Shown in pieces: positions 51,864 to 55,142 of a DNA stretch of 55,142 nucleotides (position 1 is its first letter; every line of letters starts with the position of its first letter). The notes beneath the pieces are model-generated. The model had not been told where the DNA came from. It saw only the letters and a program-made list of their open reading frames with translations, and did no database searches. The translations under genes and the position numbers were made by a program. The DNA is from Chryseobacterium gleum (lineage in GTDB: Bacteria; Bacteroidota; Bacteroidia; Flavobacteriales_C; GCA-002722245): NCBI GenBank assembly GCA_945871895.1, contig CAMBXP010000004.1, forward strand, positions 1 through 55,142, written 5' to 3'.

Positions 51864-53018
51864 ATGGCAGCAAACGACAGCACAACTTCAGCATCATTAG
51901 ACTCATTACAAATTGTACCTAAAATTATTGATGAAAAAACCGTTCAAGGCATCACTCAATATTTTCCTGAGTTTATGCATGAAGAATATTTAGGTAATTC
52001 TTTAGACAGATGGATTATTGCATCGGCAGGCATACTTCTTTCCATTGTTGCAGCAAAACTCATCTACTGGATTATTTCAAACGTTGTGAAGAAATTTACA
52101 GCGAAAACCAAAACCAATCTTGATGATTTATTGATTGAAAAACTCGAAGGTCCGGTAGCCTTTGCTATTGGATTGTTTGGTATTTGGATTTCTACCGAAA
52201 TCTTACATTTTGCGCCAGGCTTCGAAACATTTCTTCGCGCAATTTTTTACATAGCTACTTTAGGCAATATCGCATGGTCTTCAACCCGCTTGATTGATGC
52301 TTTAATTGATGAATATATTGTACCGCTTACCGAAAAATCATCGAGTGATTTAGACGACCAAGTATTACCCATCGTGCGTAAAGCTTTAAAAATTACCGTA
52401 TGGATTATTGCCATCATTATTGGCTTAAGCAATGCTGGTTACGATGTAGGTGCTTTAATTACAGGTTTAGGAATTGGAGGTTTGGCCTTCGCGTTAGCAG
52501 CTCAAGATTCGATGAAAAACCTATTTGGAGGAATTACTATTTTCACCGATAAACCCTTTAAAATTAAAGATCGAATTATCGTAGCAGGAACAGATGGTGT
52601 GGTAGAAGAAATTGGAATTCGCTCTACCCGTATTCGCACATTGATGGGGAGAAGAGTTACCATTCCCAATTCAATCTTTTCAAACACAGGAATTGAAAAT
52701 GTCACTTCGGAGCCCTTGTTTAAAGTGGTGATAAATCTTGGATTAACTTACGATACAGGATATACAAGAATGAACGAAGCCATGACTATATTAAAACAAA
52801 TTGCCGATAAAAATGAAGGTGTAGAGAGCAACTATGTGATTAACTTTAACAAGTTCATGGAGTCGGCACTGAACATTGAATTTTCATATTTCATCAAAAA
52901 AGACAAAGAACCTCCTGTTGTTCAAACAGAAATGAATATGGAAATACTTCGTCAGTTTGAAGAAAAAGGATTGAACTTCGCTTATCCTACAAGAACTGTA
53001 TACCAAAAAACCGTGTAG
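51864..53018 (+). CDS. Mechanosensitive ion channel (MscS family)
   Basis: TM helices followed by the MscS signature region GLGIGGLAFALAAQDSMKNLFGGITIFTDKPFKIKDRI ... GVVEEIGIRSTRIRT. Confidence 0.85.
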   Translation: MAANDSTTSASLDSLQIVPKIIDEKTVQGITQYFPEFMHEEYLGNSLDRWIIASAGILLSIVAAKLIYWIISNVVKKFTAKTKTNLDDLLIEKLEGPVAFAIGLFGIWISTEILHFAPGFETFLRAIFYIATLGNIAWSSTRLIDALIDEYIVPLTEKSSSDLDDQVLPIVRKALKITVWIIAIIIGLSNAGYDVGALITGLGIGGLAFALAAQDSMKNLFGGITIFTDKPFKIKDRIIVAGTDGVVEEIGIRSTRIRTLMGRRVTIPNSIFSNTGIENVTSEPLFKVVINLGLTYDTGYTRMNEAMTILKQIADKNEGVESNYVINFNKFMESALNIEFSYFIKKDKEPPVVQTEMNMEILRQFEEKGLNFAYPTRTVYQKTV

Positions 53019-53022
53019 GCCG

Positions 53023-53115
53023 ATAGTTCCTTCGGGGTACCTCAGGATGACAACCACTCTCAAAACTCACTCTGATTGCTGTGTTTGTCCTCCTGAGGTA
53101 CCCCGAAGGAACTAT
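53023..53115. repeat. Palindromic element with 31-nt arms (ATAGTTCCTTCGGGGTACCTCAGGATGACAA / TTGTCCTCCTGAGGTACCCCGAAGGAACTAT)
   Basis: Arms 53023-53053 and 53085-53115 are complementary at 30/31 positions, with a 31-nt spacer. It starts 5 nt after the MscS stop codon. Confidence 0.8.
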
Positions 53116-53138
53116 TGCCCTCCACTTAAAATCAATAT

Positions 53139-53858
53139 ATGTCGCAAAGTAAACTCATCATCGTTCCCACGCCCATTGGCAATCTTAAAGACATTACTTT
53201 GCGTGCTTTAGAAGTATTAAAAGATTGCGACTTTATTTTAGCAGAAGATACACGTACCAGCTTGCGTTTGCTTCAGCACTACGAAATAGAAAAAAAATTG
53301 TATCCATTCCACCTCAACAACGAGCACACTGTATTACAAAAGGTAGCCGATGAAATTGGCAATGGAAAAACTGCAGCTTTAGTTTCTGATGCTGGCACTC
53401 CAGGAATTTCTGATCCCGGATTTCTTTTGGTTAGAGAATGTGTTGCTCGCGGAATTGCTGTGGAGTGTTTGCCTGGTGCAACCGCCTTCGTGCCTGCATT
53501 GGTAACCTCGGGCTTGCCTTGCGATAAATTTCATTACGAAGGATTTTTGCCGCATAAAAAAGGCCGACAAACACGATTGAAATACTTAGCTCAACTTCCC
53601 GAAACCATCGTTTTGTATGAATCTCCACACAGAATCGAACGCTGTTTGAATGAAATCAAAGAATTTTTTGGAGAGAATCGCCAAATATCATTCTGCAGAG
53701 AGATATCTAAAATGTTCGAAGAAATAAAACGAGGAACCGTCTATGAAGTAATAAATTCAATGACTCCCAATAGTTTCAAGGGAGAAATGGTAGTGGTTAT
53801 CGCCGGCTACGAATCACCCAAGAAAACAAAATATAATTCTGATTTAGAATCGGAATAA
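53139..53858 (+). CDS. rsmI: 16S rRNA (cytidine1402-2'-O)-methyltransferase RsmI
   Basis: LIIVPTPIGNLKDITLRALEVLK ... ILAEDTR ... ALVSDAGTPGISDPG ... PGATAFVPAL ... YESPHR is the canonical RsmI tetrapyrrole-methylase-fold pattern. Confidence 0.9.
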   Translation: MSQSKLIIVPTPIGNLKDITLRALEVLKDCDFILAEDTRTSLRLLQHYEIEKKLYPFHLNNEHTVLQKVADEIGNGKTAALVSDAGTPGISDPGFLLVRECVARGIAVECLPGATAFVPALVTSGLPCDKFHYEGFLPHKKGRQTRLKYLAQLPETIVLYESPHRIERCLNEIKEFFGENRQISFCREISKMFEEIKRGTVYEVINSMTPNSFKGEMVVVIAGYESPKKTKYNSDLESE

Positions 53859-53928
53859 AAGAAATTTTAGAATTTAATTTGGAATTAACATTAATCTTAG
53901 GATATTTGTAGCCTAATATTTTATTACA

Positions 53929-55032
53929 ATGATTAAGAACATGAAAAAAATCAAAGATTGGGGTTTAGGATTAAACACACCACTATTGATTGCAGGACCT
54001 TGCAGTGCTGAAACACAAGAGCAAGTTGTAGAAACAGGCAGAGAAATTGCTAAACACGGAAAAGCTCAAGTCTTTAGAGCAGGTATATGGAAACCGAGAA
54101 CTAGACCAGGATCTTTTGAAGGTATTGGTGAAGAAGGTTTGAAGTGGATGAACGAAGTGAAAAAAGAAACAGGAATGTTGCTTACCACTGAGGTTGCTAC
54201 TACAGAGCACGTTGAATTGGCATTGAAACACGGTATCGATATTTTATGGATTGGTGCACGTACTACAGTGAATCCTTTCTCTGTACAAGACATCGCTGAT
54301 GCATTAAAAGGAGTGAATATTCCGGTGATGGTGAAAAACCCAATCAACCCAGATATCGCTTTATGGATTGGTGCCATGGAAAGATTGGCGAACAGCGGCA
54401 TCGATAGAGTTGCTGCTATTCACCGTGGATTCTCTTCATTCGAAAAATCTCCTTTCCGTAATGCTCCAATGTGGGAAATGGGTATCGAGTTGAAAACGCA
54501 ATTCCCTAATTTGGATATCATTTGCGATCCTTCTCATATTGCAGGAACACGTGAATTGATTCCTTATGTTTCCCAAAAGGCATTAGACTTAGACATGGCT
54601 GGTTTGATGATTGAAACACACATTACTCCTTCGGTAGCTTGGAGCGACGCGAAACAACAAGTTACGCCAGATAGATTAAATGAGTTGTACAACGCTTTAA
54701 CGTTTAGAACAGCTTCTTCTGACAATGTTGAATTTGGCAGCAAACTAGAGGCTTTAAGAGCTGAAATTGACAGATTAGACGATCAAATTTTTCATACCAT
54801 GGCAACACGTATGAATGTAGCGCAACAAATTGGTGAGTTCAAAAAGAAGAACAGCGTTACTATCTTGCAAGTTGGTAGATGGGAAGAAATCATCAACAAG
54901 CGTATTGCTTTAGGTAAAGCAATGGGCTTAGACGAAGACTTCGTGAAAAAATCATTGGAGTTGATTCACCAAGAATCTATTCGCCGTCAGAACAACGTGA
55001 TGAACGAAAAAACTGAAATGGCAGGAAAATAA
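53929..55032 (+). CDS. Bifunctional 3-deoxy-7-phosphoheptulonate (DAHP) synthase / chorismate mutase type II
   Basis: AroA(G)-type DAHP synthase blocks (IAGPCSAE, FRAGIWKPRTRP, LWIGARTT, ICDPSHI) followed by a C-terminal CM_2 domain (LEALRAEIDRLDDQIFHTMATRMNVAQQIGEFKK). Confidence 0.9.
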   Translation: MIKNMKKIKDWGLGLNTPLLIAGPCSAETQEQVVETGREIAKHGKAQVFRAGIWKPRTRPGSFEGIGEEGLKWMNEVKKETGMLLTTEVATTEHVELALKHGIDILWIGARTTVNPFSVQDIADALKGVNIPVMVKNPINPDIALWIGAMERLANSGIDRVAAIHRGFSSFEKSPFRNAPMWEMGIELKTQFPNLDIICDPSHIAGTRELIPYVSQKALDLDMAGLMIETHITPSVAWSDAKQQVTPDRLNELYNALTFRTASSDNVEFGSKLEALRAEIDRLDDQIFHTMATRMNVAQQIGEFKKKNSVTILQVGRWEEIINKRIALGKAMGLDEDFVKKSLELIHQESIRRQNNVMNEKTEMAGK

Positions 55033-55056
55033 AATCTAGAAATAGGTTGATAAGAA

Positions 55057-55090
55057 ATCCCTCGAAGAAATTCGGGGGATTTTTGTTTTT
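55057..55090 (+). terminator. Rho-independent terminator
   Basis: ATCCCTCGAA-GAAA-TTCGGGGGAT (one mismatch) followed by TTTTGTTTTT. Confidence 0.75.
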
Positions 55091-55098
55091 GTATACAT

Positions 55099-55142
55099 GT
55101 AGGGGCGTACCCTTGCGGTCGCCTAATAGTATAGTGTCAATA
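55099..55142. repeat. Left arm of a further GTAGGGGCG... REPIN-like element, truncated by the window end
   Basis: GTAGGGGCGTACCCTTGCGGTCGCC closely resembles the reverse complement of the right arm at 45634-45658 (GTAGGGGCGCCCCTTGCGGGTGCCC). The partner arm lies outside the window. Confidence 0.4.

Overview
AT-rich Bacteroidota chromosomal segment, probably from a gliding flavobacterial, cryomorphaceae-like or sphingobacteria-like organism. That placement rests on T9SS type A and type B C-terminal sorting domains, a DUF4271-hemD gene pair, a Y_Y_Y/LuxR regulator, many lipoproteins and TAnnTTTG-type promoter boxes.

I support about 45 protein genes. Most are housekeeping: an OmpR/His-kinase pair, arfB, yaaA, proS-like, gcdH, hemD, a PpiD-like PPIase, comF, a polyprenyl synthase, rlmN, dnaG, recJ, aguB, MscS, rsmI and DAHP synthase/chorismate mutase. 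I saw no rRNA, tRNA, CRISPR array, transposase, integrase or reverse transcriptase.

Accessory content:
- Two giant T9SS type-B surface proteins (1205 and ~1499 aa) flank a membrane-bound Y_Y_Y-LuxR regulator.
- A HigB/HigA toxin-antitoxin pair abuts a decayed FGE-sulfatase gene.
- An AT-rich lipoprotein islet contains one HExxH/T9SS cargo gene broken into three ORFs.

The most unusual signals are at the DNA level:
1. A 21-nt bipartite motif (CCCCTGAC-N6-CTGACAT on the coding strand) occurs only upstream of the regulator gene and upstream of the adjacent giant adhesin gene.
2. Several families of GC-rich palindromic elements sit in an AT-rich genome: GTAG-headed inverted doublets (REPIN-like), a 292-bp nested palindrome with perfect 45-bp termini, a ~530-bp inverted duplication, and a hairpin module whose stem differs between copies while staying palindromic.
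3. The split secreted-protease gene is interrupted by a frameshift at a T7 run and by one in-frame TAA.

I did not find a clear multi-gene novel system such as a defence island. The regulator/adhesin/operator trio and the palindromic-element families are the best candidates for follow-up.

All family calls come from motif recognition by eye. No database search was possible.
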